A stretch of 64,000 nucleotides of DNA, taken from Thermoprotei archaeon. GTDB taxonomy: Archaea > Thermoproteota > Thermoprotei > Gearchaeales > Gearchaeaceae. Position 1 is the first letter of the stretch. Each line of letters starts with the position of its first letter. The notes below the pieces were generated by a model. That model did no database searches and had not been told where the DNA came from. It saw only the letters and a program-made list of their open reading frames with translations. The stretch is taken from NCBI GenBank assembly GCA_017857595.1, contig JAFMCU010000006.1:10364-74363 (forward strand), in the 5' to 3' direction. Both the position numbers and the translations under genes were made by a program. This document shows, one piece after another, positions 1 to 8,985 of the stretch.

Positions 1-924
1 CCTCCACATTCTTTTTTTGTTGGCTAAGGTTCTATAATAATCGGCCTTTGCCAATCTTGAATAAGCTAATTCTAAATCTTCATATTTAGTATAAAATTTA
101 TGAATATTTTCTTCAATCCAAAGCATTAATGTTTCTGGGTCATAAGCATATTCATCGACTGCTTTTCTAGCTGATGAAACTGTTGTTGCGTATATAATAT
201 GCCTAATGACACTAAAAACATCAGTTTGCCTATCTTTAGCTCCAGCAATGTTAACCTCTTTTAAGCCTATTTTACCAAAAATAGAGGCAATTTGAAGATC
301 AATTATTGCACTCCTCATATCACCTGAAGCTCTTTCTGCTATTATTTTCAAAGCGTCAAATTCATAAGAAATATTTTCAATCTTACAAATCTTTTCTAAA
401 TACGATATTATTTGCTTGGATGAAAGCTTTTTCATCTCAATCATTAAAGCCTTATTTCTTATTTGCCAAAGCTCAGGATTCCAAGCATCGTTGGCAATGA
501 GCGCTATTGGATATTTTGTTTGGTCTATCAAATCTGATATAGATTTTAATATTGTGGGAGCTTTTGAGCCTTCTATGCTATCTATTTCATCGATTAAAAT
601 TAATTTTTTTCTTCTTTCCAAACTTTCTTCGCTACTAAAAGGTAATGCTATTTTTCTGATAGTTTCAGAGCCTTCCAAGTCTCCAGCATTTAATTCAAGT
701 AATTCTAAATTGTATTGAATTGCAGAAACTTCAACAAGCAGAGTTTTACCTATGCCAGGTGGACCATAGATTAAGACAGCTTTTTTTATAGGCGGTTTAC
801 CTTTAAGCCAAATATTTAACCATTCTAAATACTCTTCTTTTGCTTCTTCGTTTCCAACAATATCTTCAATTCTTCTAGGTTTATGTTTAATTATCCATAA
901 TTGAGACCTTGATTCACTTAACAT
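1..924 (-). CDS. rfcL: Replication factor C large subunit (5' part; runs off window)
   Basis: Not in ORF track. Manual translation from ATG at 924 (after AGGAGT): MLSESRSQLWIIKHKPRRIEDIVGNEEA, then Walker A GPPGIGKT, ELNA and LIDEIDS; overlaps the rfcS stop. Confidence 0.92.
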   Translation of the reverse strand, partial: MLSESRSQLWIIKHKPRRIEDIVGNEEAKEEYLEWLNIWLKGKPPIKKAVLIYGPPGIGKTLLVEVSAIQYNLELLELNAGDLEGSETIRKIALPFSSEESLERRKKLILIDEIDSIEGSKAPTILKSISDLIDQTKYPIALIANDAWNPELWQIRNKALMIEMKKLSSKQIISYLEKICKIENISYEFDALKIIAERASGDMRSAIIDLQIASIFGKIGLKEVNIAGAKDRQTDVFSVIRHIIYATTVSSARKAVDEYAYDPETLMLWIEENIHKFYTKYEDLELAYSRLAKADYYRTLANKKRMWR

Positions 925-2518
925 ACTCCTTACATATTAGAATCATTTTTGCAATCAAGGATGCAAGTTGAATTTCTTCATTAGATCCTTCCATCAATCT
1001 ATATTCATAATCTCCCAAAGTTTCTATTAGCCTTATCTTGCATTCTTCTGGCACATTTAATCTTCCAATTTCTCTATGCAAATAGTAAACAATATCTGAG
1101 CCAGGAATTCCATCAATATAAAGCATCTTAACAACAGATTCTCTTGCTTCTGAAAATTTTCCTTTTACAACACTATCCAATATAGCTTTAATTTCCTTTG
1201 GTTTCACTGCACCAGCTACTTTATAAACAATCTCTTGATTCACCTCTCCTAACAATGAACTACTTTGAAGAACATTTATCGCTTTTCTCATATCACCTCC
1301 ACTTACTTCAAAAATGGCTTCTAAACCGTCTTTAGTATACTTTACGTTTTCTTTGTTTGCAATTTCAATTAATCTATTAATTATATCATCTTTACTTAAT
1401 GGACTAAATCTAAAAACAACTGTTCTAGACTGTATAGGCTCAATAATTTTGTTGCTATAATTACATGTTAGAATAAAACGTATATTTCTAGCATAAATTT
1501 CCATGATCCTCCTTAGAGCAGTTTGTGCATCATTGGTCATTGCATCACTTTCATCCAATATAACAATTTTAAAAGGAATCTCTCCTAAAGCTAATGTCTT
1601 TGCAAATCTCTCTTTTATCTTTTCTCTAATTGTATCAATCCCTCTCTCATCGCTATTATGAAGTAGTATGGGTGAATTGCCTCCCCAAAAAACTTGGGAA
1701 TCAGGAATACAAAAATCGTAGACATACCCATCGAAATCATGTTCTTCTATTTTATCTATCCTGACCACAGAAATGTTTGATTTAATTAAATTTAAAATTC
1801 TTTTTTTAAGCAATACACCGCCGGAATCAGATAATATTTCAAGCGCGACACGTTTATTAATTCTATCCTTTTCTTTTATACCAAACTCTTTTAAATAAGG
1901 TATCAATATGTTAGAAGGTATGTATTGATTATCCAAGGATTTTGAATCGTTATATGATATCAAAAAATCACCTTGTTTTAAAAGAGAAGCTTTAATAGGC
2001 ACAATTTCGCCTAAACTATTTAAAATCATGACAGAATGCGAACCTGTAATTGCTATAGAACCACCTTCATAAAATATTTTCAAGATTTTTCTTACACGGT
2101 GTCTTGAAATTTTCTTTATTCTTTTGAAAATAATTTTATAATTTGAATTTAAACTTTGAGAAAACAAGTTTATAGGATATGCATATTTTGATTTATCATT
2201 TTTAAAAAATTCTTTGTCCAACTCGTTAAAATCTGTTTCAAAAACATAATCATCGTAAAACAATCTTACTTTTGTATCAGGATGTACCGACGCATTTAAT
2301 TCTAGAACATTATTTCTCCACTCATTTTTATACAAATCCATTACAAAAGCCAAAGCGGTCGCAGTTTTACCTACACCTGGTGGCCCTGTAAAAAGCATAT
2401 GAGGGACATTCCTCTCTTGTATGAGTCTTTTTAAACTTTGAATTATTTCATTTTGATTTATAACATCATCTAATGTTTTTGGACGATATTTTTCTACCCA
2501 TATTAATTCTTCGCTCAT
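914..2518 (-). CDS. rfcS: Replication factor C small subunit, intein-containing
   Basis: WVEKYRP, GPPGVGKT, LELNA/SDERGID interrupted by an insert, ILDESD, CNY, QSR motifs. Confidence 0.97.
   Translation of the reverse strand: MSEELIWVEKYRPKTLDDVINQNEIIQSLKRLIQERNVPHMLFTGPPGVGKTATALAFVMDLYKNEWRNNVLELNASVHPDTKVRLFYDDYVFETDFNELDKEFFKNDKSKYAYPINLFSQSLNSNYKIIFKRIKKISRHRVRKILKIFYEGGSIAITGSHSVMILNSLGEIVPIKASLLKQGDFLISYNDSKSLDNQYIPSNILIPYLKEFGIKEKDRINKRVALEILSDSGGVLLKKRILNLIKSNISVVRIDKIEEHDFDGYVYDFCIPDSQVFWGGNSPILLHNSDERGIDTIREKIKERFAKTLALGEIPFKIVILDESDAMTNDAQTALRRIMEIYARNIRFILTCNYSNKIIEPIQSRTVVFRFSPLSKDDIINRLIEIANKENVKYTKDGLEAIFEVSGGDMRKAINVLQSSSLLGEVNQEIVYKVAGAVKPKEIKAILDSVVKGKFSEARESVVKMLYIDGIPGSDIVYYLHREIGRLNVPEECKIRLIETLGDYEYRLMEGSNEEIQLASLIAKMILICKEYVK
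1655..2290 (-). mobile_element. Mini-intein (212 aa) in RFC small subunit at the ELNA/SDERG site
   Basis: Starts Ser77 (SVHPDTKV), block B TGSH, block F VYDFCIP, ends LLHN followed by Ser; no LAGLIDADG motifs; removal leaves a normal 322-aa RFC-S. Confidence 0.93.
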
Positions 2519-2568
2519 TTTAAATTAGCTTATAATAAAATATTTTTATAACAATTAATGAATTTCTT

Positions 2569-2880
2569 TTAGATAAGGTTATTTTCGTTCATAACCTTTA
2601 ACTTTTCTATTTCTTCGGATTTATCAATCAATTTAGTTATTAAATTAAATATATCAGAGCTCTCATTTGCTACTATTATTCGTATCTTACCAAATTTTTT
2701 TTCTTTAACAATATTGTACTTTTTAAGAAATTCAACATATTTTACAACAGAAGAGAAGAAGCTATCAGATATTTTTGCAAGTGCACTTATGTTTATCTGT
2801 CTTTCGCTCACAATAACTTTTAAAGTTCTAATCTTCCATCTTGCGCCCAACAGTTCTTCTATAAAACTTTTTCTTTCCAT
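2569..2880 (-). CDS. Small winged-helix (ArsR-like) DNA-binding protein
   Basis: HTH pattern INISALAKISDSFFSSVVKYVEFLKKYNIVKEKKFGKIRII; 1-nt overlap with cdc6. Confidence 0.75.
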   Translation of the reverse strand: MERKSFIEELLGARWKIRTLKVIVSERQINISALAKISDSFFSSVVKYVEFLKKYNIVKEKKFGKIRIIVANESSDIFNLITKLIDKSEEIEKLKVMNENNLI

Positions 2881-4061
2881 TATAGATCCAGATTCTTTTC
2901 AATTATTTCTGAAGGTATATCTAAAGATATAAAACTTCTTCTTCCTCTGCCTATACTTTTTACCTGTACATTTATTAAGCCTTTATTTTTCAAATTTCTT
3001 ACATATGTCCAAAATTGAGTATATCTACGAGGACTTTCTCCGTACTCTTCGCATATTAAATTATAATTTTCTTTTACACGATTTATCGGTATGCTTGATT
3101 CTTCAGAATTTTTAAATGACCTTGCAATTGCTTTAAGAATTATTTTTTCATGCCTATCTAAAGATTGTATTATCTCTTGATTAAAGCCAGGATACATCTC
3201 GCTAAAAGCTAGCTTAACATGTTCCAATGTTACTTTATTCAACATCTTCATTTCTGCAATCTTTACTGAACGCCAAAGAATTTCGAGCGCAAATCTTGCA
3301 TCCCCGTTTCCTTGTCTATCATAACCTACCCTGTTTGAAATTTCCATGATTATATTATCATTCACTACATCAGATTGTAAGGCTTCATCAGCTCTTTCTT
3401 TAAGTATAGTATAAAGCTCTTTAGATGTGTAGGGATTGAATTTAATCATGTTTTTCTGCAACGTACTAAGAATACTTTCATTCAATCTATAAAGCAATGA
3501 TATATCTCTTAAAACTAGTACAAAACTTATCCGGCTTTTTCCTTTTGAAATCTCTGGAAATCTTGTTAAATCATATAAAGTGTCTGCTTCAGAACGAATT
3601 AAATAATCTGCTTCATCTAAAGTTAGCAATATTCTAAGATTTTCTTCTTCCAAATAATCTATAAGCCAGTCTAGTAATTGTTGAGGAGAAAAACCTCGCT
3701 TTGGTATGTTGGGTATAAGGGATTCAATTATTTTTCTTACAACCATGAATTTTGTTCTTTCTATTTGACAGTTTACATGAATATACTGAAGATTAATCCC
3801 TCTCTTGCTTGCCTCATCTGCGATCAACTTTCCAAAGAACTTCACAACAGCAGTTTTTCCAGTTCCAACAGGCCCGTAGCAAATTACACGATAAAATGGA
3901 AAATCATTATAATTTAATAGTCCATTAAAATATGAAGCAAGAAGATTTAGTTGCTCTTCTCTATGAGGAAGATGAGAAGGAACGTATTCCGGAAATAATT
4001 TAGATTCATCTTTAAATAAGCTAGGAAAATTGAACAAGCGTGAAATATTATTTTCAGTCAT
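2880..4061 (-). CDS. cdc6: Orc1/Cdc6 replication initiator
   Basis: YVPSHLPHRE, Walker A GPVGTGKT, LDEAD, GDAR, C-terminal winged helix. Confidence 0.96.
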   Translation of the reverse strand: MTENNISRLFNFPSLFKDESKLFPEYVPSHLPHREEQLNLLASYFNGLLNYNDFPFYRVICYGPVGTGKTAVVKFFGKLIADEASKRGINLQYIHVNCQIERTKFMVVRKIIESLIPNIPKRGFSPQQLLDWLIDYLEEENLRILLTLDEADYLIRSEADTLYDLTRFPEISKGKSRISFVLVLRDISLLYRLNESILSTLQKNMIKFNPYTSKELYTILKERADEALQSDVVNDNIIMEISNRVGYDRQGNGDARFALEILWRSVKIAEMKMLNKVTLEHVKLAFSEMYPGFNQEIIQSLDRHEKIILKAIARSFKNSEESSIPINRVKENYNLICEEYGESPRRYTQFWTYVRNLKNKGLINVQVKSIGRGRRSFISLDIPSEIIEKNLDL

Positions 4062-4086
4062 CTAATATAAAATATTTTATAATAAT

Positions 4087-4584
4087 TTATATTTTTCTTC
4101 TTGATAAAAAAATTAAATATGATTTCGAATTAAGGAATGAAATAAAAAAGCGATCATAGATTGGTTGTATGATTATTATATAGTCCGGATTCTTCAAATT
4201 TATCTTAATTCCATATGAATTAAGAATTGCACCTACTTCTTTTTCTATAAAAGTTCCACTTATTCCAAATCTCGATGTGCATCTCACCGCAAAACTTTTA
4301 TTTCTTAAATTTTGAATGTTTTCTGAAATCCAGTTTTTTATTGCTTCTTTGTAATCCTTTGTTTCAATATCTATAGGTATAACCTTTATGAAATAGGTTT
4401 TATTTACATTCTTTAATATAGATGCAAGATCTTCCTTTGTTACATTCGATTCTATTAATGATAAACCTGGCTTTATAGCTTTAATTAAGATTTTTGCATT
4501 TTCGTCTTTTTGGAAAATTAAACTTAGAACCTCCTCTACAGCTCTATCTTCCTTATTCTGCGGTGAAGTGATAATTATTTTCAA
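4087..4584 (-). CDS. THUMP domain RNA-binding protein
   Basis: SFAVRCTSR, IEKEVGAIL, INLKNPDYIIII THUMP signature. Confidence 0.85.
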   Translation of the reverse strand: MKIIITSPQNKEDRAVEEVLSLIFQKDENAKILIKAIKPGLSLIESNVTKEDLASILKNVNKTYFIKVIPIDIETKDYKEAIKNWISENIQNLRNKSFAVRCTSRFGISGTFIEKEVGAILNSYGIKINLKNPDYIIIIQPIYDRFFISFLNSKSYLIFLSRRKI

Positions 4585-4634
4585 CTTAATATTTCAAATT
4601 TAAAGATTTATTTTAAGTATTGCTAGAAATATTT

Positions 4635-4796
4635 GTGGAACATTTAATTCAATGTAGATGTGGCAATCTGCTTAACTTCGATGATGAAGAAGGTGAAAAG
4701 ATTGTTTTTTGTAAAGATTGCTATATGAATTATGTCATTGAGCTTAAAAATGGGGAATTTAAAATAAAAAAATTTTACTATTTCCCTGACGATTGA
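4635..4796 (+). CDS. Unannotated 53-aa zinc-ribbon protein (LysW-like layout)
   Basis: GTG start; MEHLIQCRCGNLLNFDDEEGEKIVFCKDCYMNYVIELKNGEFKIKKFYYFPDD; CxC and CxxC; stop abuts the convergent aminopeptidase stop. Confidence 0.7.
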   Translation: MEHLIQCRCGNLLNFDDEEGEKIVFCKDCYMNYVIELKNGEFKIKKFYYFPDD

Positions 4797-7259
4797 TCAA
4801 CTTAAGCTCTTTTCTATCTCAGCTAGCTTAGCTTTTAGCTCTAAATTCTCTTTTTTTAGCTTTTCGATTTCATCATGTAAAACTTTTATTTCCGCTTTAT
4901 TCTTTAGCTGCTCATTTATTCTATATATCGCTTCCTTTGCTGCTCTTATTACTCTATTATCCAAATCTCTTTCCAATATTTTTTTCAAAGGAGCTAAACA
5001 TCTTTCCTCTCCTAATTGTTCCAATGCCTTTATAGCTGTTATTCTAACTTTGTAAAAATCGTCTTCAAGAAATTGCAAATAATCTTCAAATAAACTTGGA
5101 TTATCTTTTAAATATTTACCCAAAGCTTCGACGGCCGCCACTCTTGAGTTATTATGGTAATCTTTTTTAGTGTATGTTTTTAAAACTTCTATTGCTTTAG
5201 ATAATCTTATCTCTCCTAGAGCTCTTAGAGCCCCAGCCCTTACTGTATCTGCATGAGATTCTATAGAAAGAGATTGAATGATAAAATCGAAAAGATCTTC
5301 CCTTTTTTGCTTTCCTAAGCTTATTAAAGCTTGTTCTTTCTCTCCATAGCCTTGACCATTTTTTACAACATTCTTAAGCCTTTCAATAACTTGATCTTCC
5401 TTAAATTCCCCTAAAGCTTTAGCAACTTCTTTTGTAACTTTAGGATCTTTATCTTCCAATCCTTTCAACAAAGCTTGTAAGCTTTCTTTATTTTTTATTG
5501 TAGAAAGAGATTTAGCAGCTTCAGCTCTTACTCCCCAAAATTCCTCATAGAGTAGAGCATTGGAAAGTCCTTCAACTATTTTTTCTTCAACTTTTTCTTT
5601 CAAAGACCTTATAGCTCTAATTTTGCTAATTACAGTCTTGCCATTTTTTAAAATTTGTAATAAATTATTATAATCATCTTCTCTAACAATATTAGCTATC
5701 AAAAGCCAACCATATGGGTCAACGTCAACGTATTCAGGTTTATCTTCTAGTGAATAGACAAAAACTTCTTTTCTATCTTTAATCGTAACTCTTTCCAGAA
5801 TTTCCTTGTCTTTTAGTTTAATTAACAAATCTAAATTTAATTCATATAACTTTTCAGACTCTTGAGATAAGTAAATTTTTAATTTCTTATTCTCAAAAGA
5901 CCAATTGAATTTAATTAAAGGATGGCCTGGCTGATAGAGAAATTGATCGAAAAATTTTTCAAAGGTTAATCCTGTAGTTTCTTCTATTACTTGCCTGAAA
6001 TCTTCCGTTGTTGCAACATTAAATTTATACTTATTAACGTATCTTCTCATAACATTCCAGAAATTTTCTTCACCTAACTCATATCTCAACAAATGTAAAA
6101 CTAATGAACCTTTTTCATAGGTATGCCTATCAAAGAGTTCTGTAGGTGTAGCATAAACTTTCGTAACTATTGCCCTTTTATAATTCTTTGATTCTTCAAA
6201 ATAAGAATCAGATTTTTGTAACATGTCATAAATGAATTCATTCCAACCCCTTGAATGTTCTTTATACAATGCTTGGAAATAGGTAGCAAATCCTTCATTT
6301 AACCATATATGAGACCATTCTTTACAAGTGATAATATCGCCAAACCAAGTATGAGCTATTTCGTGTGCCAGCAATCTTTCAGCACCCGTTTCCATTCTCG
6401 CTATTTTGTCATATATGCTATCCTCTGTTAATGTTGTGGCAGTTACATTTTCCATACCTCCATATATAAAATTCTTAACCGGAACATTCGTATATTTTTC
6501 AAATGGATATCTAAACTCAAGAGCTTTCGAAAAAAATTCTAATATGTCTTTAGTTTCTTTGTAGCTTTCTTTTGTATCTTCTTCTTTACCTTTAGGACCA
6601 TAATGTATAATTTTAACTCCATCCCAGTCTTCAACAATTTCCTCGTATTGACCTATAACCAATGTTAAAAGATAAGGTGCGAATGGCTTGTCCATAATCC
6701 AGTGATATATTGTCGAATTTTCTTCCTCTACAATTTCTGCTAAATATCCATTTGAAATTGCTTTATAACCTTTAGGTACATAAACAATAACTTCAGAAGT
6801 TATCTTTTCTTCAGGAGAATCAATACATGGATACCAATATCTTGAATCTTCATCCTCTCCTTGAGACCAAATTTGCAATAATTTCTTAGAATTATCCTTA
6901 TTTGATTTTATAAAATATAGACCTTTCTTAGGATTTATCTCGTATTCAATAAAAATTTTGAGCTTTTCAGATTCTTTTAAGTTACCGTTTCTTAATTTCA
7001 ATCTCAATTTTTTTCCATCATAATCATAGCTAAATTCTTCAAAACTTTCTATCTCAATTCTTTTTATGTTAAAGGAAACAGCGTCGAGCTTTATTTCATT
7101 TACCCCATCAACCAACGCTCTTAAAGTAAGCTCTGCATTTCCATTAATGACTCCATTTTCAAAATTAGGTTTTAAAATAAGTTTAACTTTTTCCAAATCG
7201 ATTTTTCTTTCTTCTCTGTAATGCTTAAAAGAGCCTTCCAGCTCAAATGGAATCTCCAT
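4797..7259 (-). CDS. M1 family zinc aminopeptidase with C-terminal HEAT repeats and coiled coil
   Basis: GGMEN, HEIAH(x18)E, YEKG; repeated VRAEAAKSL-type HEAT units. Confidence 0.93.
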   Translation of the reverse strand: MEIPFELEGSFKHYREERKIDLEKVKLILKPNFENGVINGNAELTLRALVDGVNEIKLDAVSFNIKRIEIESFEEFSYDYDGKKLRLKLRNGNLKESEKLKIFIEYEINPKKGLYFIKSNKDNSKKLLQIWSQGEDEDSRYWYPCIDSPEEKITSEVIVYVPKGYKAISNGYLAEIVEEENSTIYHWIMDKPFAPYLLTLVIGQYEEIVEDWDGVKIIHYGPKGKEEDTKESYKETKDILEFFSKALEFRYPFEKYTNVPVKNFIYGGMENVTATTLTEDSIYDKIARMETGAERLLAHEIAHTWFGDIITCKEWSHIWLNEGFATYFQALYKEHSRGWNEFIYDMLQKSDSYFEESKNYKRAIVTKVYATPTELFDRHTYEKGSLVLHLLRYELGEENFWNVMRRYVNKYKFNVATTEDFRQVIEETTGLTFEKFFDQFLYQPGHPLIKFNWSFENKKLKIYLSQESEKLYELNLDLLIKLKDKEILERVTIKDRKEVFVYSLEDKPEYVDVDPYGWLLIANIVREDDYNNLLQILKNGKTVISKIRAIRSLKEKVEEKIVEGLSNALLYEEFWGVRAEAAKSLSTIKNKESLQALLKGLEDKDPKVTKEVAKALGEFKEDQVIERLKNVVKNGQGYGEKEQALISLGKQKREDLFDFIIQSLSIESHADTVRAGALRALGEIRLSKAIEVLKTYTKKDYHNNSRVAAVEALGKYLKDNPSLFEDYLQFLEDDFYKVRITAIKALEQLGEERCLAPLKKILERDLDNRVIRAAKEAIYRINEQLKNKAEIKVLHDEIEKLKKENLELKAKLAEIEKSLS

Positions 7260-7297
7260 ATTTGTATAGAATAGCTGAATTTACTTTTATAATTTAA

Positions 7298-7354
7298 AAT
7301 CAGAACTCAAGATCCTAATCATCCTTTTTGTCATCGGGGTCTTTTCATCATCAA
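7298..7354 (-). ncRNA. Box C/D guide sRNA
   Basis: ATGATGA (C) - AAAGACCCCG - ATGA (D') - AGGATGA (C') - TTAGGATCTTGAGTT - CTGA (D); about 55 nt, intergenic. Confidence 0.72.
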
Positions 7355-7361
7355 AATATGA

Positions 7362-7727
7362 TTATCTTAAAGACTTTTTAACTATTTTTTCCGCTAACTG
7401 AACAGGTATGTCTAATATTCTAGCAATTTCTTCATATGTCAACGTTGGGTCTATTCTTAGAAGTGCTTCTACTTTCTTATCTAATTGCTCTTCCTCTGTA
7501 CCTCTATCGAAAAAGTTTATTTGTGCAACAGCTGAACCACTGATGTAAACACTCGGAATCTTTTTATTCTTCTCATGAGCATTTTCAAGCATGATACTTC
7601 CATCTTCTGGATTAAATGAAACAAGCTTACCGAATAAAATTCTATCATCAATAGTTCTTACTTCAACAAAGCTTCCAATTTTTTCTTTAATTTTTTTGTA
7701 AAGAGATGACCCTTCGATTTTTTTCAC
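7362..7727 (-). CDS. Sm/Lsm-fold protein with C-terminal HTH-like domain
   Basis: Sm1 VEVRTIDDRILFGKLVSFNPEDGSIMLENA, Sm2 VYISGSAV; tail LTYEEIARILDIPVQLAEKIVK. Confidence 0.75.
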   Translation of the reverse strand: MKKIEGSSLYKKIKEKIGSFVEVRTIDDRILFGKLVSFNPEDGSIMLENAHEKNKKIPSVYISGSAVAQINFFDRGTEEEQLDKKVEALLRIDPTLTYEEIARILDIPVQLAEKIVKKSLR

Positions 7728-7786
7728 CTTTATTGAAAATCCTTTAAGGCAATATAAATCTTTTAATTCAAAATTAAAAAAATTGA

Positions 7787-7859
7787 TGCGACCGCCGGGA
7801 TTTGAACCCGGGTCCTCGGCTCGGAAAGCCGACGTCCTTCCTAGCTAGACTACGGTCGC
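7787..7859 (-). tRNA. tRNA-Gly(TCC)
   Basis: Cloverleaf GCGACCG...TCGGC-TTTCCGA-GCCGA...GGTTCAAATCC...CGGTCGC-A; no encoded CCA. Confidence 0.96.
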
Positions 7860-7897
7860 TCTACTAATTATACATCTTTAAAATGATTATAAAATTA

Positions 7898-8023
7898 TCC
7901 CCCGAGTGGGATTTGAACCCACGATCTTCCGGTATCCGCTGATACAAGCTCATCATTGGTTAAACCACTTCGCTTGTACGAATACCTACAGCCGGATGCG
8001 TTACCAGGCTACGCTACCGGGGG
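7898..8023 (-). tRNA. tRNA-Tyr(GTA) with 52-nt intron (7934-7985) at 37/38
   Basis: C1-G72 acceptor CCCCCGG/TCGGGGG, TCCGG-CTGTAG, intron, A-CCGGA, T-loop TTCAAAT; BHB-like junctions. Confidence 0.94.
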
Positions 8024-8103
8024 GTTCTAAGTTATAAATTAAATAATCATAATTTAAAATTTTACAAAGAGCTAAACCTATCATAATTCGAAATATGACA
8101 AAG

Positions 8104-8188
8104 TGCTCCGGGCCGGACTTGAACCAGCGACCTCCCGGTCTCTAAAAAACTTCTTCAGCCGGGCGCTCTCCCACTGAGCTACCGGAGC
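8104..8188 (-). tRNA. tRNA-Phe(GAA) with 13-nt intron (8140-8152) at 37/38
   Basis: GCTCCGG acceptor, CCCGG-CTGAAG, intron AAGTTTTTTAGAG, A-CCGGG; CUGA/UUAG central BHB helix. Confidence 0.94.
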
Positions 8189-8228
8189 ACACTATAATAT
8201 TATTTGAATTTAAAATAAATTGTTTTCT

Positions 8229-8954
8229 TTAAAATTGAACTTTATTATACCATACAGCATATGCATCATGAGCATGTATAGATTCAAAGGCTCGAGCCTC
8301 AATTTTCAAAGCGTTGGGAAATTGCTCAATACAGCTCCTTACAACATCTTCAACAAACCTTGTATTTTCCTGAGAATCCAATATTAACTTAGCTTCATCT
8401 ATCCTCTTTAAGTATTCTGAAGGAACAGCTGAAAAGCATGAATCCATTTTCTTTGCAATATCATCGAAATCTAAAATTTCTTTAGATTTGATCTTTACCT
8501 TTAATTTAGCTCTTTGCATATGTCCTATACCTGTAACTTCTTTGCTGCAAGGACATGCAGTTATTCCAATTTTTTCAAATTCATATAAATAAGAATTATC
8601 TTCATTTAGTTGAATTTTTATTCTCATAAACTGATCAGAATAATTTACAGGATAATCAAACTTTGCTATAACCTTACATTTACCTAAAGTTTTATTTACA
8701 GATTCAGAGATCATCTTAAGTACTTTTTCGATTAAATCATTCTCTTTCCTAGCTTCATTTATAGCTTTTACAAGCCTACTCATATGAACGCCTCTTTTTA
8801 TTGTTGGAACAATTACGGTTAACTTTACAGGAAGATTATAACCTCTTATTCCTATAAGCGTGGATAAATTAGTTAAGCCTGCATAAATTTGTATGTTTGT
8901 TTCTTCTTCATGAACATCCTTGACCTTTGACAAATCGATCTTAGGTTCTTGCAT
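8229..8954 (-). CDS. mptA: GTP cyclohydrolase FolE2/MptA family
   Basis: RGVHMSR, TACPC, GHMQR, FVEDVVR, ESIHAHDA. Confidence 0.88.
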   Translation of the reverse strand: MQEPKIDLSKVKDVHEEETNIQIYAGLTNLSTLIGIRGYNLPVKLTVIVPTIKRGVHMSRLVKAINEARKENDLIEKVLKMISESVNKTLGKCKVIAKFDYPVNYSDQFMRIKIQLNEDNSYLYEFEKIGITACPCSKEVTGIGHMQRAKLKVKIKSKEILDFDDIAKKMDSCFSAVPSEYLKRIDEAKLILDSQENTRFVEDVVRSCIEQFPNALKIEARAFESIHAHDAYAVWYNKVQF

Positions 8955-8985
8955 AACCTTTATTTATACACTCTTCATAACATAT

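Noticed and set aside
306-718. Two plus-strand ORFs in the track
   Set aside because: Antisense shadows of rfcL, which the track missed because it runs off the window edge.
4062-4634. Replication origin adjacent to cdc6
   Set aside because: Upstream space is filled by the THUMP gene and short promoters; no ORB-like repeats seen.
4680-4789. ATGATGA...CTGA as a C/D sRNA
   Set aside because: Spacing is too long, no C'/D' pair, and it is explained by Asp/Glu codons of the zinc-ribbon ORF.
7787-8188. tRNA cluster as an integration site
   Set aside because: No integrase or duplicated tRNA 3' end seen; flanking genes are housekeeping.
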